The notes under the pieces were generated by a model. It worked only from the letters and a program-made list of their open reading frames with translations, ran no database searches and was not told the DNA's origin. A program made the position numbers and the translations under genes. A stretch of 40,231 nt of DNA. Origin: a virus. Location of the stretch: positions 1-40,231 of IMG/VR virus record IMGVR_UViG_3300017694_000010, one strand, 5' to 3'. Positions 1 through 8,626 of this stretch are shown here, one piece after another; position 1 is the first letter of the stretch, and every line of letters begins with the position of its first letter.

Positions 1-123
1 CGCACCCCGTTTGGCTTCAATGCCACCTCCTTTGCCGCGGCGGACTTCTCGGCCTTCCAGAACGTGTGGCTGAAGGCCGGGTCCAAGTTCTACTTCGGCG
101 TGGGGTTCTACGGCCACGCGGCG
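1..123. repeat. Terminal direct repeat, copy 1 (assembly overlap of a circular or circularly permuted molecule)
   Basis: nt 1-123 (cgcaccccgtttggcttcaatgcc...ggccacgcggcg) are identical to nt 40109-40231. Confidence 0.95.
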
Positions 124-1182
124 GGCACCATCGTCAACGAACAGTCCTGGAACGACGTGCCTGGCGTCCAGATCGACGCCGATTGCCAGTACGTGCAGTT
201 CTCCGGCGGCGGCATCTCCAGCCCCCGCGGCGAGTGCATGCTGATCGGCGGCGACGAGGTGGACGTGACCGGCATGGTCAATGTCCGCTTCGATCCGCCG
301 AACCGGGCGGGCAAGATCGACACGATCCGAGTGCTCGGCACGGCGAACAACTGGAAGATCAACGACAACACGCTCGGCTCGCGCACCGGCATCGGCGCCC
401 AGTCCCGCTATCAGGTGATGATCGAGCCCGGCGCCCGCAACGGCGTCATCACCGGCAACAACGGTGGTGGCTACTTCCTGGACTTTCTTTGCGATCGGAG
501 CGGCGGCGACCTGGGGAACATCCAGCACCACGGCAACACGGGCGCGCGGTTCTCCGAAGTGGATGGCGTGCGGACGACGCGGTTCGCGGGCGCCCACGCT
601 GACTTCCAGGCGTCGATCGGCTCCGGCGCGGTGAATGGCTGGGTCAAGGTGCGCGGCGGCAACGACTGGACCGTGCCCCCGGCGTCCTGGGTCGTGGTCG
701 GTGACGGCTTCGGCGCCACGGCCAATGTGGTGCTGGACGGGATCGGCGGGCTCAACGTCACCGCTACCAACGGTGGGACCGGGTACACCTGGGCCGAGCT
801 GGCCATCATCCCCGCCGTCACCACCCCGCACATCGTGGCAGCGCGGGTCGACGATTCCCCAGCGCAGGATACGGGCATGAAGGCCTTGGGTGGCGCTGCG
901 GTGGTCATGGGCAACAGCCGGGGCACGGGGTTGTCAGTGGGTGCCGATGCTGGCGCGACCAACTTTGTCGTGGCTCAAGGTCGCCCCGCCGGCTCCGGGG
1001 CAGAGCTGCGCGCCGAGGGCACGGACACCAGCATCCACCTCATCCAGGTGGCGAAGGGCCCGGACGGCCACGTTGGGGTGGGCAACGCCAAGATCTTCAA
1101 TGCCGCCGGCTCGCTCGTCGGGTACGAATGCCGCGTTATCAACGGCACGGTGCGGCTCATTCCCTTCTACGCCACGCCCTGA
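1..1182 (+). CDS. Tailspike / tail fibre, C-terminal part of the gene starting at 39260
   Basis: Frame 1 is open from nt 1 (RTPFGFNATSF...) to TGA 1180-1182, and the repeat places it in frame with 39260. G/N/V-rich beta-helix-like repeats (ITGNNGGGYF, VNGWVKVRGGNDW). Confidence 0.7.
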   Translation, partial: RTPFGFNATSFAAADFSAFQNVWLKAGSKFYFGVGFYGHAAGTIVNEQSWNDVPGVQIDADCQYVQFSGGGISSPRGECMLIGGDEVDVTGMVNVRFDPPNRAGKIDTIRVLGTANNWKINDNTLGSRTGIGAQSRYQVMIEPGARNGVITGNNGGGYFLDFLCDRSGGDLGNIQHHGNTGARFSEVDGVRTTRFAGAHADFQASIGSGAVNGWVKVRGGNDWTVPPASWVVVGDGFGATANVVLDGIGGLNVTATNGGTGYTWAELAIIPAVTTPHIVAARVDDSPAQDTGMKALGGAAVVMGNSRGTGLSVGADAGATNFVVAQGRPAGSGAELRAEGTDTSIHLIQVAKGPDGHVGVGNAKIFNAAGSLVGYECRVINGTVRLIPFYATP

Positions 1183-1184
1183 CC

Positions 1185-2582
1185 ATGCCTGTCACCGCGC
1201 TGCCCTTCGCGACCCAGAGCTACCCGCTGGAGAACCCGTCCGTCTCCAAGGAGACGCTGATCAACCTGTATCTTGAGCCGCAGCCCGAGACGGCGCGGTC
1301 CAAGTTCGTGGTGCGGAATACCCCGGGGCTGTTCCCGTTCGCCTCTATGAACGACAACAACCCGGTCTGCGCCATGGGCGTGCAGGCGACCGAGGTGTTC
1401 GCTATCTCCGGGAACGCTCTGTATCGCATCAGCGGCGACGGAACGAGCCTGCTGGTGGGCGTCTGGCCTGGCGGCGGCGATCCCTATCGCTCCTCCATCG
1501 CCTGTTCTGACACTCAGGTGGTGGTCTGCACCCCGCCCAACATCTACTACCTCAACGCCGCGACGCTGGTGTTCAACCCGATCATTCCGGAGGAGCCATT
1601 CGCCGCGGCCAGTGTGACCTACCTGGACGGGCGGTTCATCTTCTCCGAAGTCGGGACCGGCCGCTTTCACTGGTCCGAGCTGAACGACGCTTCGGACGTG
1701 CGCGCCATGAGCTTCGCCACCCAGGAGCGCGCGCCGGACTATCTGCTGGGCGTGCATGCCTTCGGCGGCGACCTCTGGCTGTTCGGGCAGCGGACCATCG
1801 AGATCTGGGCCAGTGCTGGCTCGGCCGATGCCCCGTTCCAGCGCCAGAGCGGCGCGGTGATCGAGATCGGCACGCTGGCCAACCGGACGGTGGCTGCAGC
1901 CGACAACTCGCTCTGCTGGGTCGGGGATGACCTGATTGTCTACCGATCGAATGGCAGCCAGCCGGCCCGCATCTCAACGGCGGCGATCGAGCAGGAACTG
2001 AACGACTACAGCGGCAAGGATAGCACGATCGGCTATGCGCTGTCGCACGCCGGGCACGTCCAGTACGCGATCACCTTCCCGCAGGCCGGGCGGACATGGG
2101 TCTATGACTTCTGGACCAAGCTCTGGCACCTGCGCGCGACCCACGCGAACGATCAGGCTTGGCGCGGGCAAAGCAGCGTCCGGTTTGGTGATTTTCAGCT
2201 CGTCGGTGACGCGCTGTCTGGCCGTATCTGGCGGGTGGACCACCGCATCTATACCGAGGCCGGCCTCGTCATGCCGCGGACTGCGATCCTGCCGCCGATT
2301 GAGGCCGAGACGCGCCGGGCCTTCATGGCGTCGCTGGAGCTGGAGATGGAGGTGGGGGTGAAGGACCCCATCGCCGTGGCTATGAGCTATTCCGACAATG
2401 GCGGCCGAGATTGGAGCCCGCCCCAGGTGAAGTCCACGGGTGGGGTGAACGCCTTCAACACCCGTCTGCGGTGGCACCGGCTGGGCAGCTTCCGGCAGCG
2501 CATGATCCGCTTCGAGATCACAGGGAATGGCCCGGTTGCCCTGCTGGGGGCCTATGCGGACATCACGGCGGGAGAGTACTGA
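1185..2582 (+). CDS. Tail hub / packaged-DNA stabilisation protein, P22 gp10-like
   Basis: ATG 1185 lies 3 nt after the upstream stop. The N-terminus (LPFATQSYPLENPSVSKETLINLYLEP) and C-terminus (RLRWHRLGSFRQRMIRFEITGNGPVALLG) parallel P22 gp10 as I recall it (YLPVNMLATPKE...; RVLWKRVGRIRRLIGFKLRV). 465 aa versus 472 aa. Confidence 0.6.
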   Translation: MPVTALPFATQSYPLENPSVSKETLINLYLEPQPETARSKFVVRNTPGLFPFASMNDNNPVCAMGVQATEVFAISGNALYRISGDGTSLLVGVWPGGGDPYRSSIACSDTQVVVCTPPNIYYLNAATLVFNPIIPEEPFAAASVTYLDGRFIFSEVGTGRFHWSELNDASDVRAMSFATQERAPDYLLGVHAFGGDLWLFGQRTIEIWASAGSADAPFQRQSGAVIEIGTLANRTVAAADNSLCWVGDDLIVYRSNGSQPARISTAAIEQELNDYSGKDSTIGYALSHAGHVQYAITFPQAGRTWVYDFWTKLWHLRATHANDQAWRGQSSVRFGDFQLVGDALSGRIWRVDHRIYTEAGLVMPRTAILPPIEAETRRAFMASLELEMEVGVKDPIAVAMSYSDNGGRDWSPPQVKSTGGVNAFNTRLRWHRLGSFRQRMIRFEITGNGPVALLGAYADITAGEY

Positions 2583-2899
2583 TGCCGATCGAGATGCCGT
2601 CGTCGCGGCAGAACCTGACCCAGGACGGCGAACTCTTCCCCAGCATCAAATGGTACGACTTCTGGAGCCGGCTACGGTTCAGCGCATCGGCCGTGGGCGA
2701 GACGCGCATGTCCTACGTGCCAGGCGAGCCGGAAGGCTGGCTGCTGGCGGATGGCCGGGCTGTGTCGCGCACCGAGTACCCGGCGCTGTTCGCCGCCATA
2801 GGGATCATCTACGGCGCTGGCGACGGCTCCACGACCTTCAACCTGCCCACAGCGCCTGCGGGCGATCCGGGCCCCTACACCTTCATCGTCGCCGCATGA
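2582..2899 (+). CDS. Phage tail-collar domain protein (small fibre/receptor-binding protein)
   Basis: TGATG stop-start overlap at 2580-2584. GWLLADGRAVSRTEYPALFAAIGIIYGAGDGSTTFNLP matches the tail-collar (Collar) domain consensus. Confidence 0.75.
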   Translation: MPIEMPSSRQNLTQDGELFPSIKWYDFWSRLRFSASAVGETRMSYVPGEPEGWLLADGRAVSRTEYPALFAAIGIIYGAGDGSTTFNLPTAPAGDPGPYTFIVAA

Positions 2900-3456
2900 G
2901 GTACTTCAACCGGGTATCCGGCAGCGTGGCCGTGGAGCCGATCCTGGCCGAGCTGGAGGCCGCCCCGCACCTCTGGGACGCCTACCGGGAGCGGACGGAG
3001 CAGGACGGCGGCCCAATGCAGGGCACCTCCGACATCTGGCTTCGCTACTTCCCGCGGGAGACGCTCACCAGGCCTGAGGCCTACCTGGGCGAGGGGCATT
3101 GCGCCTTCTACCCGGCTTGGCACGCGCTGCCGTCTGTGGCGCCGGTTGCCTTTGCGCTCATGGGCATGTGCCAGGGCGTCGAGCTGGGAACCTGCCTCAT
3201 GTCGCGCATCCCGCCGGGTGGCGAGATCGGCACGCATGTGGACGGCGCAGCCTGGACCGCCCGTTTCTACAACCGCAAGTTTTATGTGCCGCTTCGGACC
3301 AACCCGCTCTGCCGCAATGTGACGCTGGATGAGACGGTCGTGTTCCAGGCCGGCGAAGTGTGGGAGTTCGATAATCTCGTGCCCCACAGCATCCACAACG
3401 ACGGCGACACCGAGCGCCTGAACCTCATCATCACCCTGAGGGACGCAAACGCATGA
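2896..3456 (+). CDS. Aspartyl/asparaginyl beta-hydroxylase-family (cupin-fold, Fe/2OG-type) oxygenase-like protein
   Basis: ATGA overlap with the collar gene. Motifs: GEIGTHVDG ... RKFYVPLRTNPLC ... ETVVFQAGEVWEFDNLVPHSIHNDGDTERLNLII (HxD...H and flanking residues typical of the Asp_Arg_Hydrox/LpxO family). Confidence 0.6.
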   Translation: MRYFNRVSGSVAVEPILAELEAAPHLWDAYRERTEQDGGPMQGTSDIWLRYFPRETLTRPEAYLGEGHCAFYPAWHALPSVAPVAFALMGMCQGVELGTCLMSRIPPGGEIGTHVDGAAWTARFYNRKFYVPLRTNPLCRNVTLDETVVFQAGEVWEFDNLVPHSIHNDGDTERLNLIITLRDANA

Positions 3457-3827
3457 CCTGCGACGGCAACTGCGCGGAATGCCCCACCGCCCTGACGCGC
3501 CACGACAGCCAGCCGGAAGGCCTGTCGCCTGCGCTCTTTGGCGGCGTGTTCGTGAAGCCCTGGGTGATGCCGGAAGCGGGGATGATCGTGCCCCAGCATG
3601 CCCACACCTACGACCACCTCAGCGCCGTCGCCTCGGGGTCGGTGCGGGTCTGGCAGGACGGCGAGGACATGGGCGTGACCCGGGCGCCTGGTCTGGTTCG
3701 CGTGCCGGCGAAGGTGAAGCACTCGTTCGAAATTCTGGAAGCCGGGACCGTGATCATGTGCATCCACAATGCCGCGCACGGCGAGGCGGCCGAGATCCAC
3801 GAAGAACACGAACTGGTGGAGGCCTGA
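3453..3827 (+). CDS. Small cupin-domain protein with Cys-rich N-terminus
   Basis: ATGA overlap with the upstream gene. Cupin motif 1-like PQHAHTYDHLSAVASGSVRV and motif 2-like GLVRVPAKVKHSFEI. N-terminal CDGNCAECP. Confidence 0.55.
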   Translation: MTCDGNCAECPTALTRHDSQPEGLSPALFGGVFVKPWVMPEAGMIVPQHAHTYDHLSAVASGSVRVWQDGEDMGVTRAPGLVRVPAKVKHSFEILEAGTVIMCIHNAAHGEAAEIHEEHELVEA

Positions 3828-3828
3828 C

Positions 3829-4527
3829 ATGCCCTGGGGTGTAGCCGCGGCTGCGGTCGGCGCAGCAGGGACGCTCTATGCCAGCTCGAAGCAGTCGAGT
3901 GCGGTCAAGGGCGCGCAGGAAAGCGCCAACGCCCAGAACCAGCAGGCGCTGGAGCAGCAGGCTGCGGCGCAGCAGCAGATGCGTGCCGACCTGCAGCCCT
4001 ACACCGCCGCTGGGCTGCAAAGCCTGCCCGCCGCCCAGAACCTGCTGGGGCTGAACGGGCCGGAGTACGCCGCCCAGGCGATGGGCAACTTCCAGTCCAA
4101 CCCGGGCTACCAGTATCAGCTGAGCGAGGGCCTGCGCGCGGTGGATAGCGGCGCTGCGGCCCGGGGCATGCTGCGGTCTGGCGCGACGATGAAGGCCGAG
4201 CAGACGCTCGGCGCCAACCTCGCGAACCAGTCCTTCGATACCTACTACAACCGGCTGATGGGCCTGACCCAGATCGGGCAGAACTCGGCGGCGGGCGTGG
4301 GCGCGGCGGGTATCCAGACGGCCAACAGCCAAGCGAACGTGCTGGGCAACATGGCGCAAACGGCGGCTTCGGCCGGCACGGCGCAGGCCAGCATCTACGG
4401 CAACACGGCGTCCGGGCTGGGCAGCGCGGTCAACCAGGGCATCCAGAACTACCAGTACGGCCAGCGGACCAACGCGCTCATGGGCCAGCAGCAGCAGCCC
4501 TACAATCAGAACATGGGCATCTACTGA
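3829..4527 (+). CDS. Putative internal virion / ejection protein (P22 gp7 position and size)
   Basis: ATG 3829 lies 2 nt after the upstream stop. Hydrophobic N-terminus (PWGVAAAAVGAAGTLYA), then a Gln/Ala/Asn-rich low-complexity sequence. 232 aa. Function is assigned by position only. Confidence 0.35.
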   Translation: MPWGVAAAAVGAAGTLYASSKQSSAVKGAQESANAQNQQALEQQAAAQQQMRADLQPYTAAGLQSLPAAQNLLGLNGPEYAAQAMGNFQSNPGYQYQLSEGLRAVDSGAAARGMLRSGATMKAEQTLGANLANQSFDTYYNRLMGLTQIGQNSAAGVGAAGIQTANSQANVLGNMAQTAASAGTAQASIYGNTASGLGSAVNQGIQNYQYGQRTNALMGQQQQPYNQNMGIY

Positions 4528-4531
4528 ACCG

Positions 4532-4747
4532 TCAATTCATCCTCTGCCAGCCCGCAGCTTCGTAACCGGCGGCGCAAGACCGTGCGGCGGTGTTGTCGAT
4601 CATGGTCTGGGCAATGGGGAAGAAGGACGGGCCTGAGTTCTTCTCGCACCGCGTGACCTGCCCCGTTGCAGGGTCGCGCAGAATGATCAGTTCGGACTGA
4701 GCACACCCGGCCACGAGCACCGTGGCCGCCACCAGAATCCAACGCAT
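4532..4747 (-). CDS. Small lipoprotein, reverse-oriented moron inside the late operon
   Basis: GGAGG lies 5 nt upstream of ATG 4747. The signal peptide MRWILVAATVLVAGC has lipobox L-V-A-G-C. The mature part is about 55 aa with 2 further Cys. Convergent with the upstream + gene (4-nt gap). Confidence 0.65.
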   Translation of the reverse strand: MRWILVAATVLVAGCAQSELIILRDPATGQVTRCEKNSGPSFFPIAQTMIDNTAARSCAAGYEAAGWQRMN

Positions 4748-4795
4748 CGACGCCTCCACCCCCACGAGCGGCCGACGCTATCATAAGGAGTGCCC

Positions 4796-6376
4796 ATGGC
4801 AACCTTCGGTGCAATTGCCTCGGCTGCCCCCAACGTCCTGTTTGATGCGGCCAAGCTCGACCGCGACGTGCAGGGGTTCCAGCGCAATCAGCTTCTCATG
4901 CAGAACGCGCAGCAGGACCAGCAGCAGCAGGGCTATGCCCGCGACACTGAGGCGCGGATCGGGCTGGCGCGGCAGTTGTCGAACATGCCGGAGGATCAGG
5001 CGGCGGCAGCATGGGGCACGGAGCGGGCGCGGCTGCAGGCTGCTGGCTTCGGGCGCGACCTGCCGGAGCAGTTCCCAGGCCTGGAGCGGCTGAGGTCCGT
5101 GGCGGCATCCGACTTGACCACCTTCCAGCGCCTTCAGATCGAGGAAAAGAAGCGGGCCAGCGAGGCGCTGATGGGCGCGCTGGGCGGCATCGTCGGCGGT
5201 GGGGCTCCGATGGGACAGGCGCCGGCTATGCCTGTGTCCATGGGTGCGCCGCTGCCGACCGTGGGCGCTGCGCCGATTGGTGGCGGCACGGTGCGCGCGG
5301 GCAATGCCAATGCTGCGGCGCTGCGCGACGAAGCGATGCGGACGCTGGAAGGCCCAGCGCTGGAGCGGCGGCTGGCGGAGATCAGTTCCGGCCGCGCCAC
5401 GGCGCTGACGGGGCAGGGCCCAGATACAAACTATCGGGCCAACCCTGGCGTGAACGGCGTATTCGCCGGGCTTCCTGCACCCGCTCCAGGCGTGCCGGTG
5501 CTCGCATCTGCGCCCACCCAAGGCGCTGGCGGCGGCCTCACCCCGCAGCAGCGCGCTCTGATCATGGCGCAGGCGGCATCCAATCCGCAGGGCGCCATCG
5601 CCATGGCTGGCCAGTTCGCGCAGCAGAACACGATGGCGCAGGAGCGGGCGCTGGATAATCAGCGGGCCGACCGGCAGTTCCAGGCGCAGGAATCTCAGCG
5701 TGGCGACGCAAACCGCCGGGCCGAGGAACAGCTTCGTCTGACGCGGGAGGCCGCGGAGCGGTCGGAGCGGGCGGCAAACCGTCAGGCCGAGATGGCCGGC
5801 GTGCCTTCCGGCTACCGCCGCAATGCGGCTGGTGGGCTGGAGGCGATCCCCGGCGGACCTGCCGACAAGCCGCCCGAGACGCAGGCAACCGAAGCCGAAC
5901 GGAAAGCGGCTGGTTTCCTTGGGCGCATGGAGAGTGCTGAAGGCATTCTCGCCAAGATCGTGGCCCCCACCGATAAAGAGGGCGAAGGGTATAACCCCAA
6001 CGGCAGCAATTGGGACTGGTGGGCCACCCGGGTTCCTGTCGGTGGAAACTACCTGACGACTGAACCTGGGCAGCGATACCTAAACGCTGCGGCCGAATGG
6101 GCGCGTGCGAAGCTGCGCTTGGAATCTGGCGCCGTGATCGGTGACGACGAGGCGCGAGAAGAAGCTCGGACTTATTTCCCGATGCCGGGCGACAGCGCCG
6201 CGACCGTCGCTCAAAAGCGTCAGCTTCGCATCACTGCCATGGAGGGTGTGCGCCGGCAGGCGGGGCGTGCTGGCGGGGGAGTTCCTGCTGGAGGTTCCGC
6301 GCCTAACGCTGATGCGTCAGGTGCGTCGGCTTCCTCGACCCAGGGAGGCGGGTGGTCCATCCGCCCGGTGCAGTAA
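4796..6376 (+). CDS. Putative internal virion / ejection protein (P22 gp20 position and size)
   Basis: AAGGAG lies 5 nt upstream of ATG 4796. 526 aa, Ala/Gly/Gln/Arg-rich with coiled-coil-like stretches (QFQAQESQRGDANRRAEEQLRLTREAAERSERAANRQ). Function by position only. Confidence 0.35.
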   Translation: MATFGAIASAAPNVLFDAAKLDRDVQGFQRNQLLMQNAQQDQQQQGYARDTEARIGLARQLSNMPEDQAAAAWGTERARLQAAGFGRDLPEQFPGLERLRSVAASDLTTFQRLQIEEKKRASEALMGALGGIVGGGAPMGQAPAMPVSMGAPLPTVGAAPIGGGTVRAGNANAAALRDEAMRTLEGPALERRLAEISSGRATALTGQGPDTNYRANPGVNGVFAGLPAPAPGVPVLASAPTQGAGGGLTPQQRALIMAQAASNPQGAIAMAGQFAQQNTMAQERALDNQRADRQFQAQESQRGDANRRAEEQLRLTREAAERSERAANRQAEMAGVPSGYRRNAAGGLEAIPGGPADKPPETQATEAERKAAGFLGRMESAEGILAKIVAPTDKEGEGYNPNGSNWDWWATRVPVGGNYLTTEPGQRYLNAAAEWARAKLRLESGAVIGDDEAREEARTYFPMPGDSAATVAQKRQLRITAMEGVRRQAGRAGGGVPAGGSAPNADASGASASSTQGGGWSIRPVQ

Positions 6377-8080
6377 ATGCCCGACTTCGAGATCACCTCC
6401 CCGGATGGGCGCAAGTTCGTCATCACGGCGCCGGCCGGGGCAACCCAGGATCAGGTACTGGCCTACGCGCAGCAGAACATGGGGGCGGCTCCGGCTGCTC
6501 CTGCTGCCTCTCAGCGCAGTGCTCTAGAGCAGGCCGTGGCGATCCCGGGGCAGGCTGCGGCGGGCTTCAACGACCGCGCGGCGGACGTGCTAGGCGGCCC
6601 GGTTGACGTGCTCGGCCGTGGCCTGCGCGCTGTCGGCGTGCCGGTGCCCGAGGATGCGTTCGGCGGGTCCGAAAGCATCCGCCGCGGCATCCGGTCCATC
6701 ACGGGGGCGCCCGCTGCGCCTCAGGGTGTGGTGGAGGAAGCCGCTCGCGGTGCGGGCCGTGGCGTAGTGGATGCCGCTGCCTTCCTGGCTCCGGCGGCTG
6801 GTGTCGCCCGGCTGGCGCAGGCTGGTGGCGTGGCGTCTCGGGTTGGCGCACAGGCCGCGGCCCTTCCTGGCCTTCAGGTTGGTGCCGCTGCGGCTGGCGG
6901 CGCAGTGTCCGAGGCGACCGATAGCCCGCTGGCCGGCGTGGCGACGGCGCTGGCCCTGCCGTTGGGTGCTGCGGGTGCGGCTCGGCTCATTTCCCCGGTG
7001 CAGAACACCCTCAGCCCGGCGCGCGCGGCGCTGGTGGCTGCCGCCGAGCGGGAGGGTATCCCGCTGTCGGCAGGGCAGGCGACTGGCTCGCGCGTCCTTC
7101 AAAACATGGAGGGATCGTTCGCGCAGCTGCCAGGCACCGCAGGCGCCGAGGCAGCCTTTGCCCAGCAGCAGGCCGGAGCCTTCAATCGTGCGGTACTGCG
7201 GCGAGCAGGCATTGATGCCGACAACGCTGGGCCGGACGTCATCAACGCGGCACGGACGGAGATCGGCGGCAGGATCGGCGAAATCGCTGGTCGAAATAGC
7301 CTTCGAGTTGACGACGCGCTCGTGAACCGGTTGGCCAGCATCGAGGATGACGTCAGCCGGTATGCACTCCCCGAGATCGTGGCGCCGGTCAAAGCCCGCA
7401 TCAGTCAGGTGCTGGCGCAGATTGACGAAAATGGGCAGGTGCCGGGGCAGTTCTACCGTGAGATGGACACCGCCCTTGGCCGGGCAATGAAGACGGATAA
7501 CGGCGACCTTCGGAACGCACTGGGCGACCTTCGGACTGCGCTTCGTGAGGGCATGGACGCCAGCATGAGCGGCCCTGAGGCCGAGGCGTTCCATCTGGCT
7601 CGACGCCAATACGCCAATCTGAAGGTGGCCGAAGGGGCGGTGGGTGGCGCTGGGGCAGGGGCGGCTGAAGGCAACATCAGCCCCCTGGCTCTGCGCGGAG
7701 CGGTCAACAAGAGCACTGGCAACGAATACGTCTCCGGTCGCGGCGACCTGAACGAGCTGGCCCGCATCGGCCAGGGCGTCCTACGCGCCCCGCCAGACAG
7801 CGGCACGGCGGGTCGTGCACAGATGAACCAGCTTCTCACAGGCAATGGATTCTCTGCGGGGGGCGCGGGTGTCGGCGCTCTGATCGGCGGTCCGATTGGC
7901 GCGGTGGTCGGCTCCGCAACCGGCAATCTGCTGCCAGCCGGCGTCCGCGCCGTCTACACGAACCCCCTGATGCAGACCTACCTCCGCAATCAGGCGGTTC
8001 GCCCCGGCGTGCGGGACGCCATCACCGGCCTGCGGAACAACCTGCTGACCCAGCAGGGCGTCGCGCGCCTGAACGACTAG
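6377..8080 (+). CDS. Putative internal virion / ejection protein (P22 gp16 position and size) with C-terminal glycine-zipper segment
   Basis: ATG lies directly after TAA 6374-6376. N-terminal FEITSPDGRKFVITAPAGATQDQVLAYAQ motif. C-terminal GGAGVGALIGGPIGAVVGSATG hydrophobic Gly-zipper. 567 aa. Confidence 0.35.
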   Translation: MPDFEITSPDGRKFVITAPAGATQDQVLAYAQQNMGAAPAAPAASQRSALEQAVAIPGQAAAGFNDRAADVLGGPVDVLGRGLRAVGVPVPEDAFGGSESIRRGIRSITGAPAAPQGVVEEAARGAGRGVVDAAAFLAPAAGVARLAQAGGVASRVGAQAAALPGLQVGAAAAGGAVSEATDSPLAGVATALALPLGAAGAARLISPVQNTLSPARAALVAAAEREGIPLSAGQATGSRVLQNMEGSFAQLPGTAGAEAAFAQQQAGAFNRAVLRRAGIDADNAGPDVINAARTEIGGRIGEIAGRNSLRVDDALVNRLASIEDDVSRYALPEIVAPVKARISQVLAQIDENGQVPGQFYREMDTALGRAMKTDNGDLRNALGDLRTALREGMDASMSGPEAEAFHLARRQYANLKVAEGAVGGAGAGAAEGNISPLALRGAVNKSTGNEYVSGRGDLNELARIGQGVLRAPPDSGTAGRAQMNQLLTGNGFSAGGAGVGALIGGPIGAVVGSATGNLLPAGVRAVYTNPLMQTYLRNQAVRPGVRDAITGLRNNLLTQQGVARLND

Positions 8081-8280
8081 GGCTCCATTGTCAGGGACTT
8101 CGCCGCTTCCCTGCCGTAGCGCGCCCACACGTACAGCTTCATCACCAGCCACGTCCCGCCGAACCCCGCGATCAGCGCGGCCAGGGTTCGGGCGGCTGTG
8201 TTGGGCTCGTCGAACGCCCACCAGAAACCGAGAAATCCGAAGGCGCAGGTCATCGCGCACTGAAGAAGCATGGCGGGCAT
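8077..8280 (-). CDS. Small two-TM membrane protein, reverse-oriented moron
   Basis: 67 aa. The checked frame has G/C-rich third codon positions. Two hydrophobic helices (LLQCAMTCAFGFLGFWWAF; ARTLAALIAGFGGTWLVMKLYVW). Its stop overlaps the convergent + gene stop (CTAG at 8077-8080). Confidence 0.5.
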   Translation of the reverse strand: MPAMLLQCAMTCAFGFLGFWWAFDEPNTAARTLAALIAGFGGTWLVMKLYVWARYGREAAKSLTMEP

Positions 8281-8326
8281 CTCGCCAGCCTAGCGAAGCA
8301 CCGCATCAGCAACAAGGAGGCAGCTC

Positions 8327-8626
8327 GTGGTCGCAAAAAGCGGACATGGCGGGCAGGTCGTGTTGACCGGCGAGGCGCAGGCCGCAGCCCGGGGCGCCGT
8401 CAGTGACAGCCAGGGCGGCAACCTCGATGCGCGGGAGGCCGCGACGCCCTTGGACAACTACGGCACCCCAAGCCCGGCCGACCCGGTGGACGGCGGGATC
8501 ACCATCGATCCGCTCATCACCCCGCTGTTTCCCATTGCGGCCAACGACGCTGCGGCGGCTGCGGCGGGCGTCCCCATCGGCGGCTTCTACCGGAACACGG
8601 CCGGCGTTCAGCAGAGGCAGGCATGA
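8327..8626 (+). CDS. Small fibre-module protein carrying the shared N-terminal GxGxQVxLxGxAQxxARG motif
   Basis: AAGGAGG lies 6 nt upstream of GTG 8327. ATGA overlap with the collagen-like gene. N-terminus [18 protein letters not shown] resembles the N-termini of ORFs 37392 and 9360. Confidence 0.55.
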   Translation: MVAKSGHGGQVVLTGEAQAAARGAVSDSQGGNLDAREAATPLDNYGTPSPADPVDGGITIDPLITPLFPIAANDAAAAAAGVPIGGFYRNTAGVQQRQA

